In this document: piece after piece, positions 49,827 to 59,716 of the stretch | Position numbering within the stretch: the first letter of the stretch is position 1 | Layout: each line of letters begins with the position of its first letter | Origin: an uncultured Verrucomicrobiae bacterium | Lineage (GTDB): Bacteria; Verrucomicrobiota; Verrucomicrobiia; Limisphaerales; Palsa-1400 | Direction of reading: 5' to 3' | DNA length: 64,000 nt | Assembly (NCBI GenBank): GCA_963707025.1 | Contig: CAVPOM010000014.1 | Location: 128,001 to 192,000, forward strand | The notes under the pieces: model-generated | Database searches by the model: none | What the model was told of the DNA's origin: nothing | Seen by the model: the letters and a program-made list of their open reading frames with translations, nothing else | Made by a program: the position numbers and the translations under genes

Positions 49827-50741
49827 TCAACCCGATTTTTTCGCGGAGATGCAATGATAAAAACCAAGCCCGTTGCCCGTGTGGCGTGGGGGAAGTTTTG
49901 CCGGCGTCTTCCGCGGGACAGGCGTCCCGCCGGTCGGGACGTCCCGAGCCACATAATCAAGCGCGGCCCAGTCATGGCGGTAGCCACCCAGGCGCAAGGC
50001 CAGGCGGTTGCACCAATTCAACGGCGGAAAAGCCCTGGCCGACAAATAATCGCCGGAAGTCGGCTCGGTGTGGACGCGGATATCTTCCAACGGCAGCCGG
50101 GCCAGCATCCCCAAAATTTCCTTTCGCGTATAAGCCTTGGTCCCGATGCTTTCCAGGTGGTGCCACAGGACCCAGCCCAGCGATTTCCACGGGCGCCCCT
50201 TCAATAAGGCGTGCTTGATCCATTGATTGACGGCAAAGACGGAATGGCGGTTGTAGAGCATGATTTTGAGTTCACCGCCGGGGCGGATAACCCGGACCAG
50301 TTGGCCAATGGCCTTGGCGGTATCGGGGGAATGGTGCAAGACGCCGAAGGAATAGCCCAAATCAAACCGATTGTCCTCGAATGGAAGATTTTCCGCGTCC
50401 GCCACACAGATTTGTTCCGGCGCGCGCAGGTGGTACTGCTCAATCCTGTGGCGCAAGTTCTCCAGCGCTTCTTGCGTCAGGTCAATTCCCGTTGCCGCCG
50501 CCCCGGCCCGCAGCCATTGGATAAAGTCGGTGCCGGCGCCGAAGCCGACCTCCATCACTTTCTTGCCCCGATAGCGTGAAAACTGGGCGAAAGCGTGGAT
50601 GAACGGCTGGTCCAGGTAACGGAACGTTTCGATTTCCTCGAAGTATTCCAGCGTGAATTTGTCCGCCCTGGCCACCTGCGTGTCGCAGCTCTGCTGGTTC
50701 CAAAACTGCCGCACTTTTTCTTTGAGGTCTGGTTCAGGCAT
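49827..50741 (-). CDS. Class I SAM-dependent methyltransferase
   Basis: VMEVGFGAGTD, GIDLT, ADAENLPF..N.FD..YSFGVLHH, RVIRPGG. Confidence 0.9.
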   Translation of the reverse strand: MPEPDLKEKVRQFWNQQSCDTQVARADKFTLEYFEEIETFRYLDQPFIHAFAQFSRYRGKKVMEVGFGAGTDFIQWLRAGAAATGIDLTQEALENLRHRIEQYHLRAPEQICVADAENLPFEDNRFDLGYSFGVLHHSPDTAKAIGQLVRVIRPGGELKIMLYNRHSVFAVNQWIKHALLKGRPWKSLGWVLWHHLESIGTKAYTRKEILGMLARLPLEDIRVHTEPTSGDYLSARAFPPLNWCNRLALRLGGYRHDWAALDYVARDVPTGGTPVPRKTPAKLPPRHTGNGLGFYHCISAKKSG

Positions 50742-50926
50742 GGCAATCGGTCCTTTTCAGCGGGCGCACAGGTTAAACTCAGGTTCTGATCAGCGCTGCA
50801 AACAAACTCTTCGTATCCGTCGCGCTGGACATCTCCCGCAACGTATAGCCGCCGGGCCAGCCAAAAAAGCACAATCTGTGGGCGGCCCCGCCTCGGGCGC
50901 ATCTCGCCACTGCCACCGCGCGCTTC

Positions 50927-50974
50927 TTCTCCCTTCTCCACAAACTTGTGGAGGAGAAGGGCGGGGTGAGGAGG
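50927..50974. repeat. Degenerate intergenic REP-like palindrome
   Basis: CTTCTCCAC-AAACTT-GTGGAGGAG followed by AAGGGCGGGGTGAGG; same tail as the other copies. Confidence 0.7.
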
Positions 50975-51176
50975 ATTCAATCAAGCGCGGGATCAACGGT
51001 TCCCTCCATCCATGGTGGTCGTATCAAGACGCGGCCCCTTTCCACCTCTCCTCTTTTCTTGCTGGCAAACACCAGGCGCTCTTGCTACAAAGCCCGCGCA
51101 TGAACCGTTTGTCGTTTGGCGGCAATATGATAATTTTATTAACTGGCTCCTTTAAGGATCCGCGCGAGTATTTGGG

Positions 51177-53123
51177 GTGAGCGATATTTCTCCATTGGCC
51201 TCTGCCTCGCCGGAAAATCCGGCGGGACGCCCAGGCCCCTCCTTCCGGCAACGGGTGGACGGGTTTTGCGAGCGGGGCATTTTGGGCGCGGTCCTGGTGA
51301 TTCTGGTCTGGGGACCGCTGGCCTACGGGGCGGTGCGGGTCAATCCGGACAGCCAGGAAGTGCCGCATTTGTATGGACTGCTGGTCATCCAGGGTTTGAC
51401 GGCGCTGGCGCTGGCCTTGTGGGTGGCGCGGTTTTTTACGCAGCAGCCCTTCCGGTTGTTGTGGCCTCCGGTCTGCTGGGCCGTGCTGGCGTTCGTGCTC
51501 TACGCCATTGTGCGCTGCCAGGTGGCCGAGCTGCAGTATGTGGCGCGGGAGAATTTGCGGTGCGTGATATTATACGGGGCGCTGTTTTTTGTCATTGTCA
51601 ATAATTTAAACCGGCGGGAATCGGCGACCCTGGTGGCGGTGGTGTTGATCGCGGTGGCGGTGGGAGAGTCGCTCTTCGCGTTTTACCAGTTCACGACGCA
51701 TTATGCCAGGGTGTGGGCGGTGCTCAAACCGGCGGGGTATGCGGTGCGGGGGAGCGGCACTTATGTCAATCCGAACAACTTTGCCGGCTTTGTGGAGATG
51801 GTTCTGCCGCTGGCCCTGGCTTATACGGTGATGGGCCGTTGCAGCGCGACGGTCAAGGTGTTGCTGGGTTACAGCGCGCTGGTGATGTTGGCGGGGGTGG
51901 TGGTGTCGCAGTCCCGGGGCGGGGTGATCGCGATGGGGACGACGCTGGCAGTGTTTTGCGTGGTGCTGTTGTTTCAGCAAGATTATTGGCGGCGAGGGGC
52001 GCTGGCGCTGGGAGCCCTGGTCTTGGCCGCGGTGGTTTTGATGCAGCAGTTCGGGGCGGTGGAAAAGCGGTTCGGAGACGTCCTGATGGACAAGAACGAC
52101 GGGCGCTATACCTATTGGATGGCGGCGGAGCGGATTTATCACGAGCACGTGTGGTGGGGGGCCGGGCCGGGGAGTTTCCGCTATCTCTACCCGATGTGGG
52201 CCTCGGTCTATGCGCAAGGCACTCCGGCCAACGCGCATAATGATTATCTGACGACGCTGTGCGAGTGGGGATTGGCGGGGTTTGGCATAGTGCTGGTGGC
52301 GCTGGGGTTGCTGTTTAGCGGGGTGATCCGGATTTGGCCTTATCTGAGGAGAGGTTCGGGTGACCTGGGAGGGAAGAACAGTTCCAGAGCGGCTTTTGTT
52401 TTGGGGGCGTCGCTGGGGTTGGCGTCCATTTTGATCCATTCGGAAGTGGATTTTAACATGCAGATTCCAGCCAACGCGGTCACCGCCATCACTCTCATGG
52501 CATTGTTGAGCGCGCACTGGCGTTTTGGCACGGAGCGCTACTGGGTCAATCCGGGGAATTTCGGCAAGATTCTGCTGGCGCTCACGGCGGTTGGAGCGGT
52601 CTGGTTTTTAGGGCGGGAAGGCGTCCAGGCCGGCCGGGAATTCTACTGGCTGGAGCGCGGGTGGAAAGGCCAGGTGGAGGGGTTGAAGAAGGCGCAGCAG
52701 ATCGAGCCGGGCAATTTTATGACGGATTATGAGTTGGGGGAAGCTTGCCGGCTGGAGGCCTGGCGGGGCGAAGCCGGGACCGACGATCTGGCCCGGGAGG
52801 CGATGCGCTGGTTTGAGCGGGGGATGGTCCTGAATCCTTATGATTTCGAGTCGCGCTTGGGCTATGGGATGTGCCTGGACTGGCTGGATCGGCCCAAGGA
52901 GGCGACCAGGTACTTCGTGCAGGCCCTGCACCTGAATCCGAACGGCGCCAGGGTGCAGTGGAAGTTCGCCTGGCACTGTGCGATACTTCGGAATTATCCG
53001 CTGGCCAAGGTTTGGCTGGAGCGTTCCTTGTTTTGGGTGCCCACACCGGAGGCGAAGGCACTCTTGGAAACGGTGAACGAAAAGATCGCCCAAGGCGCCC
53101 AGGCCGGCCCGAAAGGACGCTAA
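51177..53123 (+). CDS. O-antigen ligase / O-oligosaccharyltransferase-like protein with C-terminal TPR domain
   Basis: GTYVNPNNFAG, SQSRGG, GAGPGSF, AHNDYL..L.EWG, HS.VDFN..IPAN; TPR-like AMRWFERGMVLNP and ATRYFVQALHLNP. Confidence 0.88.
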   Translation: MSDISPLASASPENPAGRPGPSFRQRVDGFCERGILGAVLVILVWGPLAYGAVRVNPDSQEVPHLYGLLVIQGLTALALALWVARFFTQQPFRLLWPPVCWAVLAFVLYAIVRCQVAELQYVARENLRCVILYGALFFVIVNNLNRRESATLVAVVLIAVAVGESLFAFYQFTTHYARVWAVLKPAGYAVRGSGTYVNPNNFAGFVEMVLPLALAYTVMGRCSATVKVLLGYSALVMLAGVVVSQSRGGVIAMGTTLAVFCVVLLFQQDYWRRGALALGALVLAAVVLMQQFGAVEKRFGDVLMDKNDGRYTYWMAAERIYHEHVWWGAGPGSFRYLYPMWASVYAQGTPANAHNDYLTTLCEWGLAGFGIVLVALGLLFSGVIRIWPYLRRGSGDLGGKNSSRAAFVLGASLGLASILIHSEVDFNMQIPANAVTAITLMALLSAHWRFGTERYWVNPGNFGKILLALTAVGAVWFLGREGVQAGREFYWLERGWKGQVEGLKKAQQIEPGNFMTDYELGEACRLEAWRGEAGTDDLAREAMRWFERGMVLNPYDFESRLGYGMCLDWLDRPKEATRYFVQALHLNPNGARVQWKFAWHCAILRNYPLAKVWLERSLFWVPTPEAKALLETVNEKIAQGAQAGPKGR

Positions 53124-53198
53124 CATCCAATTCATCGGTTTTCTTGCGGGCGCGAATTGTCTTTGCCGCTGCCAAAACCGGGCTACTTTCTCCCTGCT

Positions 53199-53684
53199 AT
53201 GCCATCATTCGACATCGTTTCGGAAGTCAGTCCCATGGAAATTGACAACGCCGTCAACCAGGCCAAAAAGGAGCTGGCCAACCGCTTTGATTTCAAAGGC
53301 AGCCGCGCGGAAATCCTCCTCGAAAAAAATGAAATCAGCCTCTCTGCCCCGGACCATTTCAAAATCGCCGCCCTCCACGAAATCGTCATCGGCAAACTCG
53401 CCAAACGCGGCGTCAGCCTCAAAAATGTCCAGTCCCTCCCGGCGGACCTCTCCCCTCTCGGCCACGCCCGCCAGGTCATCAAAATAAAACAAGGCCTCGA
53501 ACAACCCGTCGCCAAACAAATCACCGCTTTTATCCGCGACACCCGCTTGAAGGTTACCTCCCAAATCCAAGGCGACGCCGTCCGCGTCACCGGCAGGAAC
53601 CGGGACGATTTGCAGGCGGTCATCGCCGCTGTGCGCGGCCAGGACTTCCCCGCCGCCCTGAGTTTTCAAAATTTCCGCGATTGA
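53199..53684 (+). CDS. yajQ: YajQ family nucleotide/c-di-GMP-binding protein
   Basis: MPSFDIVSEV, RFDFKGS, QIQGDAVRVTG.NRDDLQ, F.NFRD. Confidence 0.95.
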   Translation: MPSFDIVSEVSPMEIDNAVNQAKKELANRFDFKGSRAEILLEKNEISLSAPDHFKIAALHEIVIGKLAKRGVSLKNVQSLPADLSPLGHARQVIKIKQGLEQPVAKQITAFIRDTRLKVTSQIQGDAVRVTGRNRDDLQAVIAAVRGQDFPAALSFQNFRD

Positions 53685-53898
53685 CCCGCCCTCGGCCCGC
53701 GCCCTAGGCAGGAGCGGCTTTTCCAGGAGCGCTCTCGCCGCAGCCGCATGTGTCGGTGTCCCGCCGGCGGCATCTTTCGTCCGAAACCGGCCCGCCTGTT
53801 GAGTCAGTCCGCACGCGCCTGGCTAATGATTCGGTCGCCGCCCCTTTTTGCTGCGGTCGCATTAACGGCCCGATCGTGTCTGGATAAAATCACCGGCC

Positions 53899-54240
53899 TC
53901 ACGCGGGCGGCTCTTCGTTCTTGTCCTCGGCCCAGTACCAGACCGCCACCACTCCGTCGCCCCCGTCGGAGGAATGGGAAATATTGATGACGCGCGCGGG
54001 GCCGGTCTCGCTGGCGAATTCAGCGGCATCGTTAAATAATTCCTCCCAAGTGGCCAGGGTCCCGCGAAACATCTGGTATCGCGCCCGCCATTTGACCGGC
54101 GCGGGCGTGTCGGCGCTGGCCGCGTCCGGCGTCGTCGGCGCCTCGGCCGCCGCGTCGGCGCGCGGGCTGGCGCAATGCCAGCAGGAATCGAATTGATCCT
54201 CGATCTTTTCACCGCATTTTGCACAGATCCACATAAGCAT
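53899..54240 (-). CDS. Small protein with N-terminal zinc ribbon, Ala/Pro linker and small C-terminal domain
   Basis: W.C.KCGE.IEDQFDSCWHC; SD-like AAGGAG upstream of ATG. Confidence 0.78.
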   Translation of the reverse strand: MLMWICAKCGEKIEDQFDSCWHCASPRADAAAEAPTTPDAASADTPAPVKWRARYQMFRGTLATWEELFNDAAEFASETGPARVINISHSSDGGDGVVAVWYWAEDKNEEPPA

Positions 54241-54345
54241 CAGCTCCTTTCGGATCGCGTTTGAGCAAGCGTAACCGGCGGCGCCGGTGGTGTCGAGGGA
54301 GAACTAAAGCCGGAGTATTTTCGCCGCCACCCCGTCTAACCAATT

Positions 54346-56676
54346 ATGAAAAGATTATTTTTGCTCCCGCTGTTGGTGATCCTGTTTGGCTCCGCTGCGT
54401 CCTTGCTGGCGGATGGGTTGATTATCATTGACGAAGCACATTGGCAAAGAATGCCGCATCCCGGCCCCGTGCCGTTCCGGGTTTATGCGCCGCTGGAAGT
54501 CACTTACCATCACGTCACTGTCAAGATTGACGGCCAGATCGCCACCACCTCGGTGGACCAGGAGTTCTACAATCCCAATGCGCAACGGCTCGAAGGCACC
54601 TATTTGTTTCCCCTCCCCAAAGACAGCCAGATTGACAAGTTCACCATGGAAATCGCCGGCCAGCAGGTCCAGGCCGAACTGTTGTCCGCCGACAAGGCGC
54701 GCGCCATTTACGAAGACATCGTGCGCAAATTAAAGGACCCCGCCCTGCTCGAATACGCGGGCCGCGACGTTTTCAAGGTGCGCGTTTTCCCCATCGAGCC
54801 CAACAGCCGCAAGCGCATCACCCTTTCCTATTCCCAAGTGCTCCCCTCCGAGGCCGGCCTGTTCCGCTATGTCTATCCGCTCAACACCGAAAAGTTTTCC
54901 GCCAAACCGGTCAAAAACGTCAGCATCAAAGTGGAACTGCAAACCAGGCTCTCCCTCAAAACCATCTATTCCCCCAGCCACACCGTGGAAATCAAACGCA
55001 ACGGCCCCAACAAAGCCACCGTCGCTTACGAGGCCGCCGAGGTGCAGCCCGACACCGATTTCACCCTCTACTTCGCGCCGGAGAAGGATGAAGTCGGCCT
55101 GAACCTGGTCACCTACAAAACGCCCGGCGAAGACGGTTATTTTCTCCTGCTCGCTTCGCCCGGCATGGATGCCAAGGACCGCCAGGTAGTGTTGAAAGAC
55201 GTGGTTTTTGTCCTCGACACCTCCGGCTCCATGTCCGGCAAAAAAATCACCCAGGCCAAAAAGGCGCTGGAATTCTGCGTGGAAAACCTCAACGACGGCG
55301 ATCATTTTGAACTCGTCCGCTTCTCCACCGAAGTCGAGCCGCTCTTTGACCAGTTGGTGGACGCCTCCCCGGCCCACCGCGCCAAGGCGGAGGATTTCAT
55401 CAAGGACCTCAAGGCCAACGGCGCCACCGCCATTGACGATGCCTTGCACAAGGCCCTCTCCCTGCGGCCGGCCGACAGCGCCCGCCCCTTCGTCATCATT
55501 TTTCTCACCGACGGCATGCCCACCATCGGCGTCACCGCTGAAGACCAGATCCTGGCCAACGTCAAGCAAAACGACGCCGGGCGCACGCGGATTTTCTGTT
55601 TCGGCATCGGCACCGATGTCAACACCCATCTGCTGGACAAGCTGACCGAACAGTCGCGCGGCTCCAGCCAATATGTTCTGCCGGAGGAGGATATTGAAGT
55701 GAAGGTTTCCAGCTTCTTCGCCAAGATCAAGGAACCGGTGCTGGCCAATCCAACCTTGCAGTTCACCGGCGACATTCGCGCGACCAAACTCTACCCCGCC
55801 TCGCTCCCGGACCTTTTCAAAGGCGAACAACTGGTGCTGGCCGGACGCTATTCCGGCCACGGCAGTTCCGCCGTCATCATCGAAGGCATGGTCAACGGCG
55901 CGACCCGCAAATTCACCTATGAAGTCAAGTTCCCCGACGAATCCTCCGCCCACGAATTCATTCCCCGCCTTTGGGCCACCCGGCGCGTGGGCCATTTGCT
56001 CGACGAAATCCGCCTGCACGGCGAGAACGCCGAATTGCGCGACGAAGTCACCCAACTGGCGCGCAAATACGGCATCGTCACCCCGTACACCGCCTACCTG
56101 ATCGTTGAGGACGAAGCCCGCCGCGGCGTGGCCTTCAACCTGCGTTCCTTGCAAAACATGGACAAGGATGTGCCCGTGCAACAGGAGGCGGCAAAAAGTT
56201 GGCGCAGCCTGAATTCGACGTTGGATGGCGCCAGCGCCATCGCCGGATCGCAGTTGAACGACAGCCTGAAAAATGCGGCGGCGGCGCCACCGACAGGGGC
56301 GATGGGCGGTGGCTTTGGCGGCGGCGGCGGCACCCGTGGCGGCGGCGCGCAGTACGATTTCGCCAGACAGTCCCTGGGTTTGCCCAGCTCAGGCTCAGCA
56401 ATGGCCAAGACGCCCTCGGCGCAGGCCCGCGAACAACTCGTTCAATACTCCCAGCAGTCTCAATTCGTCAATGGCCGCAACTTCTTCCAAAACGGCAGCC
56501 AGTGGATGGACAGCGAGGTGCAAAACAACCAGGCCGCCAAACACACCCGGCTCCAGTTCAACTCCACGGACTATTTCGCCTTCGCGGCGAAAAACCAGCA
56601 GGCCCTCCCCTGGCTGGCCCTGGGCCAGAACGTCCAGTTTGTCTTGGACGGCGTAGTCTATGAAATCTATGAATAA
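54346..56676 (+). CDS. Secreted VIT and vWA domain protein (inter-alpha-trypsin inhibitor-like)
   Basis: Signal peptide; VIT (EGTYLFPLP, ARAIYEDIV..DPALLEY); vWA MIDAS DTSGSM, T, FLTDG; RLWA.RRV..L, IVTPYTAYL. Confidence 0.93.
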   Translation: MKRLFLLPLLVILFGSAASLLADGLIIIDEAHWQRMPHPGPVPFRVYAPLEVTYHHVTVKIDGQIATTSVDQEFYNPNAQRLEGTYLFPLPKDSQIDKFTMEIAGQQVQAELLSADKARAIYEDIVRKLKDPALLEYAGRDVFKVRVFPIEPNSRKRITLSYSQVLPSEAGLFRYVYPLNTEKFSAKPVKNVSIKVELQTRLSLKTIYSPSHTVEIKRNGPNKATVAYEAAEVQPDTDFTLYFAPEKDEVGLNLVTYKTPGEDGYFLLLASPGMDAKDRQVVLKDVVFVLDTSGSMSGKKITQAKKALEFCVENLNDGDHFELVRFSTEVEPLFDQLVDASPAHRAKAEDFIKDLKANGATAIDDALHKALSLRPADSARPFVIIFLTDGMPTIGVTAEDQILANVKQNDAGRTRIFCFGIGTDVNTHLLDKLTEQSRGSSQYVLPEEDIEVKVSSFFAKIKEPVLANPTLQFTGDIRATKLYPASLPDLFKGEQLVLAGRYSGHGSSAVIIEGMVNGATRKFTYEVKFPDESSAHEFIPRLWATRRVGHLLDEIRLHGENAELRDEVTQLARKYGIVTPYTAYLIVEDEARRGVAFNLRSLQNMDKDVPVQQEAAKSWRSLNSTLDGASAIAGSQLNDSLKNAAAAPPTGAMGGGFGGGGGTRGGGAQYDFARQSLGLPSSGSAMAKTPSAQAREQLVQYSQQSQFVNGRNFFQNGSQWMDSEVQNNQAAKHTRLQFNSTDYFAFAAKNQQALPWLALGQNVQFVLDGVVYEIYE

Positions 56677-56713
56677 AACGAAGACTGTAACTTGTCTTCA
56701 AGCATCCCTGCCG

Positions 56714-56746
56714 CTCCCTCTCCTGGAGGAGAGGGCCAGGGTGAGG
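56714..56746. repeat. REP-like palindrome downstream of VIT gene, possible terminator role
   Basis: CCCTCTCC-TGGA-GGAGAGGG-CCAGGGTGAGG, nearly identical to the array terminal unit; followed by a short T run. Confidence 0.8.
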
Positions 56747-56796
56747 TCGAACTTTTTTCTTATTGACTTGCCTTCTGATGCTTAAAAATTGAAAGC

Positions 56797-57015
56797 TCAC
56801 GAGACCGGCAACTGCTCTGCCACCCCGGCGGCCGCCATCTCTTTTTCCAAATCCCCCGCCTGTTCCAGCGCCGGTTGAAAGGCATGGCCGGAGGCCAGCC
56901 GGCTCCATTTTAAAGCCTCCGCCAAATTCACCGCCGTGCCCCGCCCGCGGCGGTAACAAACCGCCAATTCGTATTGCCCCTGCGCCAGTCCCCTGATCGC
57001 CGCGATTTCGATCAA
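56797..57015 (-). pseudogene. Orphan 3' fragment of the Sel1-repeat gene
   Basis: Translation matches the C-terminus of 62914..63807 (QGQYELAVCY...EQLP); 5' portion absent. Confidence 0.85.
56805..56984. repeat. 180-bp direct repeat, left copy
   Basis: Matches 62922..63101 with one mismatch seen (AGCCTCCGCC vs AGCCTCTGCC). Confidence 0.95.
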
Positions 57016-57764
57016 TTCCTGTCAGACGGCCTCTGCGGAAAACGTTGCGGAGCGTTGGTGTTTATGAACATCTTTCCGCTGTCTCTCATCCGCTTTTGGT
57101 AATCCGCCTCAAGTTCCGGCACAACATTACTCGGTATTTTCGGCGTGAACGGGATGTCGCGGAAATCATTCGTGTGACTCAAACTTACGGTCATCCCTAC
57201 CAACGTCTTTAGGTCCATGTTTATCTCGACTCTAATTTGATTCAGATATCCCAGTTCCTCCGTCTGTGGCCACTCCCACGATATACAACAGTAAGGCACA
57301 TGGCCGCCGACCCGGCCCTCCGCGTGAAGATCGAATGGCCCTTCCAAGGTAGGCGCATGGTCAGCGTGCGTCAACTCAGGTTTATAGCCGAGCTTTTTTA
57401 AGGCGTCTCTAGCCATGGTGACCGCCTCGTTGGTCGTCATGTGATCCTGCCCAAAATACTTCTTTATGCTTTCGTCGGTGAACTCCTGCTCGAAGAACCA
57501 GTTGGTGGGAGCGCGGAAACAGTCAATTAATCCATGCCCGCCGTCGTATCCTTGCCAGTGGAAGGCAAACGAGTAATGGTTGGTTAGTATCACTCCGTCC
57601 GCGATAAAGCCCTTGTACGGTGATGGGCTTGACCACGCCACCTGATTTGTAGTGATTGGCTGCCGAACCGGCAAATCCAGTTTCGCGGCAAATTCTGAAA
57701 TATGAGGAAGGACGGCCACGAGCATCGCATTTGAATACGCCACCGTCATGTGTATCAGGTCCAT
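57012..57764 (-). CDS. Hypothetical protein (250 aa), partner of upstream secreted peptidase-like gene
   Basis: Starts 5 bp after the upstream stop; plausible composition; no family recognised. Confidence 0.75.
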   Translation of the reverse strand: MDLIHMTVAYSNAMLVAVLPHISEFAAKLDLPVRQPITTNQVAWSSPSPYKGFIADGVILTNHYSFAFHWQGYDGGHGLIDCFRAPTNWFFEQEFTDESIKKYFGQDHMTTNEAVTMARDALKKLGYKPELTHADHAPTLEGPFDLHAEGRVGGHVPYCCISWEWPQTEELGYLNQIRVEINMDLKTLVGMTVSLSHTNDFRDIPFTPKIPSNVVPELEADYQKRMRDSGKMFINTNAPQRFPQRPSDRN

Positions 57765-57768
57765 AAAA

Positions 57769-59716
57769 TCAGCGATTGAATTGATTTAAGCCCAACAACC
57801 AATATCCAAAAACTTTTAGGTGACTTGTGGATAGGTAAGTTACATTTGGGTACTGCCCCGCGTTGAGAAATGCTTGTTTCACGCCGTGAGACGCCCACTC
57901 GTACTGGAAATCCTGAAAGAAGAACACATGGCTCACGTTGATGGAACCCAAAAAACCTGCGGCCTTGTCATCGTCCCATCCAGCGAAGGAGGTTGGCCGA
58001 AGAGAAGCGTTAACATAATCAGTGCCGGCAACGTTTTCTTTATGAATGATGCCGAATGATTCCGGCAGCTTGCCCGACGCTGTGCTGCATCCGTCAAGGC
58101 AAACAAACCGGTACTTGTGTGCGTTCGTCTGGCCGGCAGGAATCGTCGCCAAATTTGCGGCTATCTCCGAGGCCAAAACTGAGAGGTTGGTCGTGGTTTG
58201 AGTGGCACCCAGTCCGTTCGGGCTGCCGTGGCCCAAATAGAACAGGTTGCGGGAGAGGTTATTATATAGGGCGGCACGAAAATTAGCCCAGTCACCATAT
58301 GACGCGGGGGGATCATTAAATCGGATCCGGTAGGCCGTGCTATTTTGGGCTGTTGGACGAACGGCAAGGCCCAAAGTTTGCGCCCCCGCAGCGAATCCAT
58401 CAGTCATTATATCCAAATCGTCCCAGCCAACCAGATTATTCCAAGCCTGCTGGTTCACCACAACCCAGTCACCCGGACCGCTCCAGGGGTCTGTGACCTT
58501 AAAACTCGGGGGTGCCACCTTGCTGGCCACAACCGAGCCAGCGGAAAAAGTCGTCAAAACAAACTCAAATGTGTTGTCTGTATGGAGCATTCCGTCCGGC
58601 CCAATCAGATTCCAAACGACATAAATATTGCCGTCTGGTGTAGTCCCGCCCATCGTGCCAATGTAGCTGAACCCGCTGTCATACACGTCCAGGTACCACT
58701 GAACGTTTGTCAGGGCAGACTGAGCGCTCACCACCAGAGAATTGCCCATTTCGCCAAACGCTGACATCCAATTCGGGAAAGAGAGTGCATTGGAAACAGT
58801 GACTGTCACCGCAGGGGAGTCAGCCTCGTAAATCGTCCCACTGCCATCTTCCGTGCCATCGCCGGGATCGTTCCAAAAGGCATGAACGGAGATGCTGTGG
58901 ACCCCATTGCTCAGTTGCGTTGTATCAAGGATCATGATTGGCACCGGCAGTTCAAACGGGGCAACATGAATGGAACTCGCGATGGGAACCTCAAAATCCT
59001 CCAAAGTCAACGTCGTCAATTGGCCGGAGGGTTCGCCGGCCTCGACCGGGAGGTTTATCACGTCGCCAATGACCATGCCGTTGGTGAGGCCATAAAGAGT
59101 TGCCCCCACTTTGACGACTTCGTAAAAGTCCGTTTGTGGCGCTGTGCTTGCCCCTCCGCTTCCGCCTGAGCCGCCACCCGGCGGCATAGGTACCTCGGGG
59201 GTAGCGCCGTTCGGCAAAGCCGGGCCGGCTGAATACGCTGATCCGCTGACCCATTCCGCAGTTGAAGGATCGAAAATATTCAAAGTGGACAAATCATACC
59301 CGGGAGGGTATAGGAATAGCGGAACGACATCGCCTAAACCAGTTTGCAGGCATGGCCATCGGCATAGGCGGAAGGGTAGCAGCACCTTTCGCTGAATCAT
59401 GCATGGCGCCAGCGATTACAGCAAACGAACCACCACTTCCACCGACGCAATCGGCATTCGTAACCACCCCGTAATCAATATACACAGTGAGATTAGTTCC
59501 TGTTGCGGCTGGATAAGAGTTCGCAAGCACCGTCCAAGTCGAATTTGACGATAAATTTGTGCCTCGCATGATAATATACGTGTCTCCATTACCGTCTACG
59601 CTTGGCCAAGTCAACACAACGTTACTGGATTGCACAGCAATGGTGAGGCCTTCGATGGCAAAGGAGTTGGAGGCGGTCAGGAGAATCAGGCTTGCGGTCC
59701 CGATAATTCCTATTTT
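57769..59716 (-). pseudogene. Secreted multidomain protein with C-terminal His/Cys (clan CD-like) domain; IS4 inserted in the signal peptide and frameshift near 59343
   Basis: Native start MKITKIG lies at 61188-61168 beyond the IS; continues IIGTASLILLTASNSFA|IEG. ORFs 59294..59767 and 57769..59400 join at MPA-x-GLGDVVP by removing one base. Motifs LFYLGHGS and FVCLDGCST. Confidence 0.7.
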
